Part shown: in pieces, positions 1 through 9,224 of the stretch
Numbering within the stretch: the stretch's first letter is position 1
How the letters are laid out: each line of letters opens with the position of its first letter
NCBI GenBank assembly: GCA_023898625.1
Contig: CP060231.1
Location: 84,258 to 148,257, forward strand
Origin: Candidatus Nomurabacteria bacterium
Lineage (GTDB): Bacteria > Patescibacteriota > Saccharimonadia > Saccharimonadales > JAGQNJ01
Direction of reading: 5' to 3'
Length of the DNA: 64,000 bases
Notes under the pieces: model-generated
Database searches by the model: none
What the model was told of the DNA's origin: nothing
What the model saw: the letters and a program-made list of their open reading frames with translations, nothing else
Position numbers and translations under genes: made by a program

Positions 1-625
1 CTTTGTGCCAACTTGTTTGTTGGGGTGGCCACCAACCTAGGACATATGAATGGCTTGCATATACATTAGGCTCGTTGAGTGTAATGATTTGTCGAACATA
101 TGGTGAAAACTCAATAGCAATTCTGCTAACAAATTCTTCCCAATAAACTAGATTAGCTCTTTTTTCAAAACCGCCTTTTCCCGAGAACCAAACCGGCAAT
201 GTCCAATGCCATATATTTAACATTGGCTCAATACCAGACTTATTAAGGTCCTTGAGATAAGTCTTGTAATATTCTATAGCTTCACTATCCCACTCGCCTT
301 CTTTTGGCTGAATTCTAGACCATTCAATCCCAAAGCGATAAGAGTTAAGATTAAGCTCTTTGATTAACTTAAAATCTTCTTTAAACAGGCCAAAGTGATT
401 AACTCCCCTTCCTGAAATATAGTTATCTGGATTCTCAGCTTGTGATTTTATTTGTTCCCAATTTGGCAACCACCCTAAATTTTTATGAGCATCTTTGGCG
501 TGCTGTTTAGCAATCTGAAGCTCCCAAACAGACCACTGATTATGATTGCCACCCTCTACCTGATGACTCGCCGTACTTGCACCCCAAAGAAAATTCTTAG
601 GAAATCGTGATTTGTATTTATCCAT
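1..625 (-). CDS. Glycoside hydrolase family 1 beta-glucosidase, N-terminal ~208 aa (3' end runs off the left window edge)
   Basis: Not in the ORF track because it is open to the window edge. My reverse-strand translation from ATG (623-625) gives MDKYKSRFPKNFLWGASTASHQVEGGNHNQWS...ITLNEPNVYA. It carries the GH1 N-terminal signature (FxWGxAxAxxQxEG) and the (T)LNEP acid/base motif. Confidence 0.8.
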   Translation of the reverse strand, partial: MDKYKSRFPKNFLWGASTASHQVEGGNHNQWSVWELQIAKQHAKDAHKNLGWLPNWEQIKSQAENPDNYISGRGVNHFGLFKEDFKLIKELNLNSYRFGIEWSRIQPKEGEWDSEAIEYYKTYLKDLNKSGIEPMLNIWHWTLPVWFSGKGGFEKRANLVYWEEFVSRIAIEFSPYVRQIITLNEPNVYASHSYVLGWWPPQQTSWHK

Positions 626-668
626 CTCTTATACTTTAACGTAAGCCTTTAATAAAACCCAATTTAGG

Positions 669-1373
669 TTACTTTTTTGCCAACATAAATCGTGATTTGT
701 CGCTATTATTTAGGCGCTCAACACTGTATCGTAACATTGTTCTGGGCATTGAGCTTGCATAAGATTCAAGAAATTCAATCAGTGATCCCTCGTTCTTTTT
801 CCCGGCTTCCCTCAACATCCAGCCAACAGCTTTTTGGATCAAGTCTTCACTATCATGAAGTAAAATTTTGGAGATCTTAAAAGTATCGTCTAGTTGAAGT
901 TCTCTGATAAACCACCAGGTACTGACTATTGCAATGCGACGCTCCCACAGATTAGTTGAATTTGCTAAATCGTACAAAGGTTTTCGTGATTTATCAAACA
1001 AATACCTGCCTACTATGTCTCGACAACTAACATCAACCAAGTCCCAATTATTCACTCTGGCAGTTCGACGTAAGTACAGTTCATATATATCCTTTGCTTT
1101 ATCAACGTTAGCTCTCTTAATTTGTAATGTCAGAATAATCAGTGCAACTAAACGATGCTCATGAATCGGACTTTCTAGAAGATATTCAATTTCGCGAAGC
1201 GACAGATCAATAAACTGCTTAGCGACCTTGCGAGATTGTGGCACGCGCAAACCAATAAAAACGTCCCCTTCACCATATTGCCCCTCTCCTGTCTTGAAAA
1301 AACGTTGCAAAAACTCCGCATCACTTGGATTCTCGTACTTAGCAAGTTCATCTATCACATCTTGAGCCTTCAT
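669..1373 (-). CDS. DNA alkylation repair protein, AlkD-like HEAT-repeat family
   Basis: 234 aa. FLQRFFKTGEGQYGEGDVFIGLRVP, NNWDLVD and WERRIAIV motifs are typical of the DNA_alkylation (AlkD/AlkC-like) family. Confidence 0.75.
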   Translation of the reverse strand: MKAQDVIDELAKYENPSDAEFLQRFFKTGEGQYGEGDVFIGLRVPQSRKVAKQFIDLSLREIEYLLESPIHEHRLVALIILTLQIKRANVDKAKDIYELYLRRTARVNNWDLVDVSCRDIVGRYLFDKSRKPLYDLANSTNLWERRIAIVSTWWFIRELQLDDTFKISKILLHDSEDLIQKAVGWMLREAGKKNEGSLIEFLESYASSMPRTMLRYSVERLNNSDKSRFMLAKK

Positions 1374-1421
1374 AACACAATAATATCATCAAATCTAACT
1401 TAAAATTGTTATACTTATTAG

Positions 1422-2042
1422 GTGCGTGAGTTCGTTTATAAAAAGAAAGATCGCAAACTTCGTATCTTTAACGATTTTTTATCAATTATCGTTATTGCTC
1501 TTGGGATTTATTTAATAATTATGCCCTTGCTACCAGAGATGTCTTATTGGATAAAGTTAAAAACTGGAAAAATTTCTAATGAAATCGCCTATTCTGACAA
1601 CAATCAACCAGGCACCAAACCGATACCTCAAGATAATCGCCTCGTGATTCCACAGATGGGTCTTGATACATCAATCAACGAAGGTAAATATTCGGATACT
1701 CTAAAAAAAGGCGTCTGGCGACGACCTCAAACATCCACACCTGACAAAGGCGGAAACACGGTAATTGTCGGACACAGATTTACTTATAGTGATGGCCCTG
1801 CTATTTTCTACCACCTAGATAAGATAAAGGTTGGCGACCAGTTTGCTGTCTTTTGGCAAGGCAAGAAACATCTATACCAAGCTCAAGAGGTACGTGTTGT
1901 TGAACCACATCAAACAGAGATAGAACAGAACACCGATGAACCAACCTTAACGCTGTATACTTGCACACCGATGTGGACATCTAAGCAAAGGCTGGTTGTA
2001 ATCGCAAAGCCAGTCGAGGATAATCAAAGTAGTCATGAATGA
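1422..2042 (+). CDS. Sortase family transpeptidase with N-terminal membrane anchor
   Basis: 206 aa. N-terminal TM segment, catalytic His context VIVGHR, catalytic Cys motif TLYTCTP (TLxTC), and a downstream conserved Arg region (QRLVV). Confidence 0.8.
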   Translation: MREFVYKKKDRKLRIFNDFLSIIVIALGIYLIIMPLLPEMSYWIKLKTGKISNEIAYSDNNQPGTKPIPQDNRLVIPQMGLDTSINEGKYSDTLKKGVWRRPQTSTPDKGGNTVIVGHRFTYSDGPAIFYHLDKIKVGDQFAVFWQGKKHLYQAQEVRVVEPHQTEIEQNTDEPTLTLYTCTPMWTSKQRLVVIAKPVEDNQSSHE

Positions 2043-2145
2043 AAAACTTAGAACGGTTATACTATTTGCACTACTCGCCCTAGGCATTGGTGCACTCTGG
2101 TACGTTAGACACTCTGCCGATATTAATTTCACTAACTTATTTTAG
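2035..2145 (+). CDS. Possible 36-aa single-TM micro-protein overlapping the sortase stop codon
   Basis: My own translation gives MNEKLRTVILFALLALGIGALWYVRHSADINFTNLF*. The ATG overlaps the sortase stop (ATGAATGA). There is one hydrophobic helix. It is below the ORF-track size cutoff and has no homology support. Confidence 0.25.
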   Translation: MNEKLRTVILFALLALGIGALWYVRHSADINFTNLF

Positions 2146-2709
2146 TTTTTTTGAAGCTTTTGTTTTAGGACGATAATCGATGTGCTCGAGCTCTTTGCGT
2201 CTTTGATCAAGCCTTACTACATATTTCTCATACGGTTTAAGCAAGCTTGAATACTTCCAGTTTGGAGTCATTATGTGCTTCAGCCTACTTTTTGACTCCA
2301 GATATTCTGCCAAACAATAGAAGTCGCCATCGCCCGAAACTATAATGGCCTTTGCGTAATTTGGCATTTCCTTCATGGCATACAATACAAGCTCTGCATC
2401 GATATTCCCCTTAATCATGGGTTTGGCTTGCTTGTCATCAGAGCTAGCATTAGACTCAACAGTTGGTTTGAGCACTATCAAATACCCTGCTTCATGAAGC
2501 TGGTTATACATATCTTCGTTTTCCGAAACATATCCAATAAACATGTATGCCTTAGTAACGCCATACTTGTTTTCTAAAAATTGTCTGAATTTACGCCAGT
2601 CCATCTTCCACCCTGCTCTTTGAATGCCAAGATTGAGATTTTGGCTGTCAATAAAGGCATAGACATCTGTCTTTTTTTCTTGTTGTTTTGGTTTTCTTCT
2701 AAATCTCAT
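2137..2709 (-). CDS. NYN-domain (LabA-like) predicted ribonuclease
   Basis: 190 aa. YAFIDSQNLNLG near the N-terminus and IVSGDGDFYCLAEYL are typical NYN/LabA acidic motifs. Confidence 0.65.
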   Translation of the reverse strand: MRFRRKPKQQEKKTDVYAFIDSQNLNLGIQRAGWKMDWRKFRQFLENKYGVTKAYMFIGYVSENEDMYNQLHEAGYLIVLKPTVESNASSDDKQAKPMIKGNIDAELVLYAMKEMPNYAKAIIVSGDGDFYCLAEYLESKSRLKHIMTPNWKYSSLLKPYEKYVVRLDQRRKELEHIDYRPKTKASKKLK

Positions 2710-2758
2710 TTAAATATAGTATAACACCTTATTTTTGCGGCTTTTAGATGGGCAACGA

Positions 2759-3991
2759 CTATTTAGTAATACTAAGTGCCTCGATTAACACAACCAACGC
2801 TATCACTATTATAGAAATTATCAATATATTCATTGGTGTTAGTGATATAAATAACAGGCTTAACCCAGCTAAAATTGCCAGAATAATTTCAATAAATCTC
2901 TTACTAGAACCCATCCATAATGCAAACTTTGGCTTTTTATCGTGATATATTGCCTGCTGAATATCTCCATTTAGAGCGGTTGAAATACTAGTCCTGGTAC
3001 GAGTTGCAAGTTTACCCTTGCCTGTGAACCAAGCTACTCCAGAAACAAAGCTGAATACAAAAGCTAAAGCATAAGTTTGTTGTACTAACGATCTAAACAC
3101 GATATCCCATATTGCCATGACAGCTGACTGATAATTTGGGTCAGTGCCATTAACCAAAGCCGTCCGGGCAATTCTAAGAGCCAGTAGTGAGGCAACCATT
3201 AGAAGTGCGTACAAGATATCTACTCTTATGATAGTTTTGCGTTTATTTTTTGAAATTTGTATCGCCAAAATAGTCAATAACACAAACATAGCTATCGATA
3301 GCAGTCGTATCCACCACAGATTTACGACCAACCAATGAGCTTTAGGAAGATTTGGAGCTGAAATTAGCTGAATTGACCCGATCTTGTCAGGAAGGTTTAC
3401 GTTACCCAAAAAAGCTAGCTTACTGCCTTGCAAATTTTGAGTTATGCGATCAAATAAATCATTTACGTCAAAAGTTCCATCCCCTTGATAGTTTTTTACG
3501 AAATTCAGTAATCTTTGATGCGCTTGAGCATTAACGGTTTGCCAGGTATCCATAAACTTATCACTAGAGACAATTTTTTCTATTTGCTGATTAGTAAAAG
3601 ATTCGGCCTGTGAGGCAAAAGATGGTGCTAAAAATTGTGCTTTAGGTGGCAAGATATCTTGAGCAATCTTTTCCACATCAATATTATCAAAAATTGCAGA
3701 AGTAGCTTTATCGGCAATTGCAGTCTGTACGTCTTTATTTTGGATGATTGGCTGAGTGGCCTGAACATATCTGTTTGTATCTGTAAGTGTTCGACCTGTC
3801 CAAAATACTAAATTGCCAACCACTAACATCGCACCAGCTAATCCGATAGCCAGAACTATTCCTACTTTTTTGAATACTGATAATTTTTGATTTGTTGGAG
3901 ATGTCTGAACTTTGGCTAGACGTGCTTTTAGCTCTTTATTCTCCTTCTGGAGTTTTGTAATAGTTTGCGAATCTTGGGTACTAGATTTCAT
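2759..3991 (-). CDS. Hypothetical integral membrane protein
   Basis: 410 aa. N-terminal coiled-coil, a TM anchor, a ~170-aa extracytoplasmic region, then about 4-5 C-terminal TM helices. No recognisable catalytic motif. Confidence 0.5.
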   Translation of the reverse strand: MKSSTQDSQTITKLQKENKELKARLAKVQTSPTNQKLSVFKKVGIVLAIGLAGAMLVVGNLVFWTGRTLTDTNRYVQATQPIIQNKDVQTAIADKATSAIFDNIDVEKIAQDILPPKAQFLAPSFASQAESFTNQQIEKIVSSDKFMDTWQTVNAQAHQRLLNFVKNYQGDGTFDVNDLFDRITQNLQGSKLAFLGNVNLPDKIGSIQLISAPNLPKAHWLVVNLWWIRLLSIAMFVLLTILAIQISKNKRKTIIRVDILYALLMVASLLALRIARTALVNGTDPNYQSAVMAIWDIVFRSLVQQTYALAFVFSFVSGVAWFTGKGKLATRTRTSISTALNGDIQQAIYHDKKPKFALWMGSSKRFIEIILAILAGLSLLFISLTPMNILIISIIVIALVVLIEALSITK

Positions 3992-4057
3992 AATAACCTC
4001 GTATTAGGCAATATTATACACTCTTGTTGCTAAATTGTACAGTATAAAGTAATCCAG

Positions 4058-5110
4058 CTACTTGGCTAAGGCATCAGGAGGTAATGTTTTGAGTATTTCC
4101 TCGCCCTCTGGTGGTTTAAGAGGTTTTTTGCCCGTGATTTCGTATCTTTCATTAGTAACGGGTGATTCTACATAATCATCATTCAATAGATTTACGAACA
4201 CATTAAGATCCTTGCTGTCCATAATGATGATAGCGCCGGAATTGTCAACCATTAATGGCAAGTCAAGCTCTTCTGCTTGTTGCACTAACTTCTCTTGAGT
4301 TACTTTTGTTGGATCAAGTTTTTGAAGTTTATTCACTAAATTCTTCTTCCCTTTTACCATTTGCTCTATGGTCTGATCTGTGTCAATACTTAGCTTAAAA
4401 TGCTCAGCTATCAACTTCAGCTTTTGCTCTGCAATGGTGTATTTTTTTGCATCATACCCAAACAAGCTCGCCAACTTAGACTGATTGAATACATAGATAT
4501 CGCTCTCTAGAACTAATAATTGATTATCAGCAGGTATTCGTAAAGCTCCCTCGGCATCAAATGGCACAAATTTTCCTCCACGCAACATCCAACCAGCACT
4601 ACCTTTCATGATTTGTGACTGAGGTAAGGCTTTAATGATATAAAAAGGCGTTGGTAACTCCTTATGTGAGCACCTAGCCACTACACCCTTTACTCGCTTA
4701 AAGTCGTGCTCTTCCTCGACAAATGGTTCAATTTCATGTTCTTGGGTTTTTAACCAATTTAATACCATGTGAGCATTTTCGACTTTGTTTAGGCGAGTAC
4801 GTTGTAGGACATTTTTTTCTTCTTCTGCATCTTCAAAATTACGCACCACCAAGCCACTATCAGCGCCATCTAGTACAGCCTCTAATAAGTTGTCGATAAG
4901 TATGGCTTCTAGATTTCTGTGCAAAGACTTGCTAACCTGGGCACGGTAAACAACATAATTCTTACTGAAAAGAAAAAGTTCAATTGTCAGTTCTTCTTTT
5001 ATTTGAACCAAATTATTAGCCCAAGCAAAGACATCTGTTTCTTCACCACCAGCTTTTGTTTCTTTTTCTTTATTTGATTTCAGACTTTGTTGTGTGTCAG
5101 TATCTTCCAA
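4058..5110 (-). CDS. DUF4868 / KwaB-like protein (Kiwa anti-phage component family), tentative
   Basis: 350 aa. The central ...LLVLESDIYVFNQSKLASLFGY... and C-terminal ...VFVNLLNDDYVESPVTNERYE... resemble, from memory, the KwaB/DUF4868 blocks (DFYIKN..., ...LMSDDYLQSDLT..Y). No HMM was run. Confidence 0.4.
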   Translation of the reverse strand: MEDTDTQQSLKSNKEKETKAGGEETDVFAWANNLVQIKEELTIELFLFSKNYVVYRAQVSKSLHRNLEAILIDNLLEAVLDGADSGLVVRNFEDAEEEKNVLQRTRLNKVENAHMVLNWLKTQEHEIEPFVEEEHDFKRVKGVVARCSHKELPTPFYIIKALPQSQIMKGSAGWMLRGGKFVPFDAEGALRIPADNQLLVLESDIYVFNQSKLASLFGYDAKKYTIAEQKLKLIAEHFKLSIDTDQTIEQMVKGKKNLVNKLQKLDPTKVTQEKLVQQAEELDLPLMVDNSGAIIIMDSKDLNVFVNLLNDDYVESPVTNERYEITGKKPLKPPEGEEILKTLPPDALAK

Positions 5111-5196
5111 CTTGTTCTCCTATTTAGATATTAATTGCCTGGGTGATATTTTATCCTAACATTCAGAAAATTAATGCTGTATTTTTTGCGCAATAA

Positions 5197-5718
5197 CTAC
5201 AAAAACTCTGCAATTCTATCAAACAGTATCCCACAATCACCACTAGCAATTTCAAGCTGATTACCTGTGTTTTGTCGTAAAATCCTCTCTCCTCCCGCGA
5301 TTTGATCGAGCATGGTATCAGACTCTAATAAATCAATATCCATTGTTGGAGATGAAATTTTTGGACACGCCAAAATGCTGTGCCCAAATTCTACCAAATC
5401 ACCCTGCTCCTCTCTAAATACATAGCTATGATTCACCGAGGAATTCTCTGTTGTAGCATTGTGTGCTAGTTGCCTGTACTTTACTACCAAACTACTCCCC
5501 CACGATTGAGTTCTTATGATTCCATTTATACATAATGTAACCGGAGGCCATACTAAAAACTCAGTATCAATGTAAAGTTTCTCTGCACCAATATACAATG
5601 CATTTTGGTCGTTGGGCATCTGCTTTACGGTTGAATACTCAGAATAGCCAATCTCTACAAACGCTTCACGGAGAAGATTGTACTCTTCAATACTTGGTAA
5701 TTCTAAATCCGCTCTCAT
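5197..5718 (-). CDS. Hypothetical protein (third gene of the CYTH operon)
   Basis: 173 aa. Its ATG directly abuts the stop codon of the upstream CYTH gene (TAAATG). No recognisable motif. Confidence 0.5.
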   Translation of the reverse strand: MRADLELPSIEEYNLLREAFVEIGYSEYSTVKQMPNDQNALYIGAEKLYIDTEFLVWPPVTLCINGIIRTQSWGSSLVVKYRQLAHNATTENSSVNHSYVFREEQGDLVEFGHSILACPKISSPTMDIDLLESDTMLDQIAGGERILRQNTGNQLEIASGDCGILFDRIAEFL

Positions 5719-6333
5719 TTAATTATCTGATTCTCCGATAAGTTGCTTAGGTACTGGATCAGAAAACCGAACTTCTTTTAGATTCGTAATCTTAAAGTTT
5801 TTTTGTATATTGGGATACTGCTTTCTGTAAACCGGCATTATACCGCCAAACAATGCTTGTTCCCAATCAAAGCCTAATAATTTTGCCACTTTCTTAACAG
5901 CCAATTCGTCTGCTTCTATCTCGATTAATGGATTTAGCCAAGGCCATATATCCAAAACAACCTCTGCACCCTCGAGACTCCACGTTTCACGTTTTGACTC
6001 TTGATAAGATAGCACCTTCATCCCAAGTAATGTAAAAAGTTCGATGCCTTTATCGAAATTATCTATTTCTACTTCTATCTCCTGTACTGAGTGTAAATTT
6101 AGTGGTCTTGATTTATCTATGCTCTTTAAAGTAGCAGTGATCTTGTTTCCTTCGTCGCGTAATCTTAAAAATTTATGGTCTTTGTGCAATATCAAATCTG
6201 GTGTATCCATGATTACACGCCTCATTTCTCGCATTGGAAATATACAATCAGCACCAACTTCTTTTAGTAGTCGACGAGTTTGTGTTAATTGAATATCGAC
6301 GAACTTCACCTCAACTTCAGTTTGCATAGCCAA
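5719..6333 (-). CDS. CYTH-domain protein (triphosphate tunnel metalloenzyme / class IV adenylate cyclase-like)
   Basis: 204 aa. N-terminal EVEVKF matches the ExExK signature of CYTH (CyaB/ThTPase). Later acidic and basic beta-strand residues (RLRDEG, EIEVEI, IEIE) fit the tunnel fold. Confidence 0.7.
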   Translation of the reverse strand: MAMQTEVEVKFVDIQLTQTRRLLKEVGADCIFPMREMRRVIMDTPDLILHKDHKFLRLRDEGNKITATLKSIDKSRPLNLHSVQEIEVEIDNFDKGIELFTLLGMKVLSYQESKRETWSLEGAEVVLDIWPWLNPLIEIEADELAVKKVAKLLGFDWEQALFGGIMPVYRKQYPNIQKNFKITNLKEVRFSDPVPKQLIGESDN

Positions 6334-6775
6334 ACCCGACCTTTTCTATGGCAACAAGATTATCGACCAATGGTACTGCTACGTGTAGATACGTTTGTGA
6401 CAAACCATATTGCCCCTCAACATTATCGATGGTTTCAAAAACAATACTTGGCGATAATAGTGCGTGTTCTCCATACAACGAATCACCACTTTGCACTAAG
6501 TCAATACCACTATATACCCCATAAAATATATCTCCACTTTGTGCGTGAACGCCATCGGGCTCTCCAAAAGCATTACATCCAACATAATATGAAGGAATGA
6601 CTCTATATACCCACCAGCCAGATAGAATCCTGTGACTTTCTAACCTAAGAGGCTCCATAATATTAGATAGAAGATCTTTGTCAGCAAAAAACTCCTCTGG
6701 GACAGTCTCAAGTGTCGTGCTGACTGTTCCTGCCATCATTTCTAGTCCATCAATATCGACAAATTCTCGAGTCAT
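6317..6775 (-). CDS. Hypothetical protein (first gene of the CYTH operon)
   Basis: 152 aa. Its 3' end overlaps the CYTH gene start by 17 nt. No recognisable motif. Confidence 0.45.
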   Translation of the reverse strand: MTREFVDIDGLEMMAGTVSTTLETVPEEFFADKDLLSNIMEPLRLESHRILSGWWVYRVIPSYYVGCNAFGEPDGVHAQSGDIFYGVYSGIDLVQSGDSLYGEHALLSPSIVFETIDNVEGQYGLSQTYLHVAVPLVDNLVAIEKVGFGYAN

Positions 6776-6802
6776 TTTTTAACCCATTTACTTAAATAGA
6801 TT

Positions 6803-7930
6803 TTAACACAACTTTAGATCTACGCTATCAAACCTATGCATAGACCATAGATCATCAAATACACCAAATGCCAATGCGATAGTTTCAATATCTGCAGCCT
6901 TCAAGCTACCAGGCGCTTTATTCATACAACTCCGCGTAAATACGTTTGGATTTTTTATTAACGACATATCTCGTAGCACCGAAGGTGTTGCATCGGTCAT
7001 AAAATGTCGAGCCAAGCGAAATTGTGCTGAAATCTGCAAAATTCTATCTTGTTCTCTGTGTTGATCAAATTCTAGGATAGCTTCAGATAATGTTGGTTCA
7101 TGCTGAGATAGCTCTATCGCTTCCACGACTCTTTGCTCACGGTCGAAGCTTTCACTCTCAGTAACAGAATCATAATGTTGACGTGACAAATCCTGAAACT
7201 TTGATAACGACCCATAGTTTGAGTAAATAGCTTGTCGCGATGGGCCCAGGCCTGACGCTGATAGATTGTCAAGATTCCTTGCAGTAATCGTAGTGTTGGG
7301 GTTCTGTCGATAAAATGCTACAGACCAATCCATATAGTCATCATCTACCCACCCTCGACAACTAGGATAGCCGATAAGCTCATGAAATACTGCCAAACGA
7401 CCAAACCTACCCTTAACCTCATCAACTGTTGGAAAATCGCCGAGCTGTCTAATTTCACCCTTTCCGGCTGACTGTATATCAAAACGCGTAGGCCGGCCTC
7501 CAACAATCTGCGCAAGACGCTTGCCTGCCGTTACATAATCCGCCTTCATCCAATCCTGAAAACGAAATTTTGGCCTAAAGCCTAAGTGGGACTGAATTTT
7601 GGACAATGTCGTCCTGTCATAAATAGCCTTCTGGCTCGGCACCATTCCAAGCTTCGAGGCCCTATCTATACTAACGCGAAGCGGTGGCCTATCGACCGCA
7701 GGATCCAATGCTAAAACATCCACCAACGGACGGAATAACTCGGCAAACTCTCCGTCATTCATGCCGTCATATCGTACTTGTGCTCTACGATTATTCGTGA
7801 CAATCTCTACCGTCTCATCCAATATAACCCTGGCCAATGTTTGACGAGTTTCTTCACTAATCTCTGGGACATTCCCGGGCACTGCTTCAAAACCAGACAA
7901 TTCCTGGCGAACATCAAATACCTCTGACAT
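6803..7930 (-). CDS. Hypothetical protein with three HNH_repeat-like (homing-endonuclease-associated repeat) modules
   Basis: 375 aa. Three recurrent modules: GMVPSQKAIYDRTTLSKIQSHLGF; GGRPTRFDIQ...FPTVDEVKGRFGRLAVFHELIGY; GLGPSRQAIYSNYGSLSKFQDL. By eye it is more GC-rich than its neighbours. Confidence 0.4.
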   Translation of the reverse strand: MSEVFDVRQELSGFEAVPGNVPEISEETRQTLARVILDETVEIVTNNRRAQVRYDGMNDGEFAELFRPLVDVLALDPAVDRPPLRVSIDRASKLGMVPSQKAIYDRTTLSKIQSHLGFRPKFRFQDWMKADYVTAGKRLAQIVGGRPTRFDIQSAGKGEIRQLGDFPTVDEVKGRFGRLAVFHELIGYPSCRGWVDDDYMDWSVAFYRQNPNTTITARNLDNLSASGLGPSRQAIYSNYGSLSKFQDLSRQHYDSVTESESFDREQRVVEAIELSQHEPTLSEAILEFDQHREQDRILQISAQFRLARHFMTDATPSVLRDMSLIKNPNVFTRSCMNKAPGSLKAADIETIALAFGVFDDLWSMHRFDSVDLKLC

Positions 7931-7980
7931 AAACTATATTATACTATGTTTAGAAGCACTTTACGAACGGCTGTTTTTGA

Positions 7981-8634
7981 CTATTTTGTTGATAGCTTAT
8001 TGTAGCTTCGGCGAAGATCAGCATTTATCTTTTTATAATCGTTTTGCTCTACATAGTCCCAGGCCTGAACATATGGCTTGCCCCATGACTCCTCATGTTC
8101 TTTACAGTACTGTTTGTCGCGCTCTAGTCTTTTTGGCTCTTTTAGAATATCTAGATAAACCGCTTTCAAGCCAGCATGAACAGGAATATGAACCAAGGTA
8201 TTGAAGTCATGCTCTTTTCCAAACAGTCGCCTCCATTCGTCACCAAGCGTGGTTCCGTCACCCATCAGGTATTTGTTATTGGTCGTAAGTAATCTGTGTA
8301 GCAACTCATGAGTTAATGTGTCCACGAACTCATCCGGATCATGCTTGACGCCAATAACCAATGGGTCACTAAACGCCCCAAACCAAGGCGCAATATACAC
8401 ATCAATCAAGTTCTGATAAAATTCCAGATCATACAGATCGCACATACCTTTTATGACTCTGGCTTCATAATTTTCCCAAGATTTACGATAAGCTTTGACC
8501 ACTTTTTTCATGTGCTCATCGTCTGCAAGGACATCGCCTTCTTTTGCCCATAGCTCATGAAGATGCTGCGAGGCATTTTGGCGCAATAACCAAGCGTCTT
8601 TGATGCGGATTTTTGGATTATTATCTATACTCAT
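7981..8634 (-). CDS. Hypothetical protein with HExxH motif (putative zinc metallopeptidase-like)
   Basis: 217 aa. Single THELLHRL (HExxH) motif. Overlaps the upstream ORF by 4 nt (ATGA coupling). Confidence 0.4.
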   Translation of the reverse strand: MSIDNNPKIRIKDAWLLRQNASQHLHELWAKEGDVLADDEHMKKVVKAYRKSWENYEARVIKGMCDLYDLEFYQNLIDVYIAPWFGAFSDPLVIGVKHDPDEFVDTLTHELLHRLLTTNNKYLMGDGTTLGDEWRRLFGKEHDFNTLVHIPVHAGLKAVYLDILKEPKRLERDKQYCKEHEESWGKPYVQAWDYVEQNDYKKINADLRRSYNKLSTK

Positions 8635-9224
8635 ACTTCTTTTTCATCGGGCTTTGGAATTCCAAATCTCTGTCGCAAAACGGCTAATCTATCTTCAAAT
8701 GATTCTTCTAAACTAAAAAGACCATCCACTGATTGAAAATGCGCTTCCATAACTAAAATTTTAGCAACATCCTTCAGGCGTCCAGAGCGCAACGATTGAG
8801 CTTCTTGACGTACACTTTCGTGATCTTCATCATGCATTTGCTTACCCAATAATATTCCATTAGCCAACATCAAGCTTAGGACAGGGCGTTTCATAAATTC
8901 TTCGCTAATACGATAATTTATCTGGCGGGCCTGTTTAATATATAAGTTTGGCAATTCAACCAGATCATTAAGCACAACGCCACCCCATCTGGCTATGCGA
9001 AGTCCGTATTGCATAAAATCAGGTACGATCTCTTTTTGGACCACATCTGAATTAGCAAATTCCTTGAAGGCCAAAACACCTGCCAGGTGTTTACCAACAT
9101 GGGTCAAATTACTCTCTACTGATTTAGGGTTGGATCCTTCTGGATCACCTTCCCAGCCATCTTGGTCTACGTCATATACTCGTAGGCTATCGGCCATTCT
9201 GGTAAGAGCATCAACTTCTATCAC
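8631..9224 (-). CDS. Hypothetical all-alpha protein (weak MazG-like NTP-pyrophosphohydrolase resemblance)
   Basis: 197 aa. KEIVPDFMQYGLRIARWGGVVLNDL resembles the second ExxxD helix of all-alpha NTP-PPases, but the first EExxE motif is not evident. Confidence 0.3.
   Translation of the reverse strand: MIEVDALTRMADSLRVYDVDQDGWEGDPEGSNPKSVESNLTHVGKHLAGVLAFKEFANSDVVQKEIVPDFMQYGLRIARWGGVVLNDLVELPNLYIKQARQINYRISEEFMKRPVLSLMLANGILLGKQMHDEDHESVRQEAQSLRSGRLKDVAKILVMEAHFQSVDGLFSLEESFEDRLAVLRQRFGIPKPDEKEV

Noticed and set aside
2759-3991. Membrane protein as the KwaA partner of the KwaB-like gene.
   Set aside because: The gene order is wrong (downstream rather than upstream). It is twice the expected size, and it has a large extracytoplasmic domain unlike the compact four-TM KwaA.
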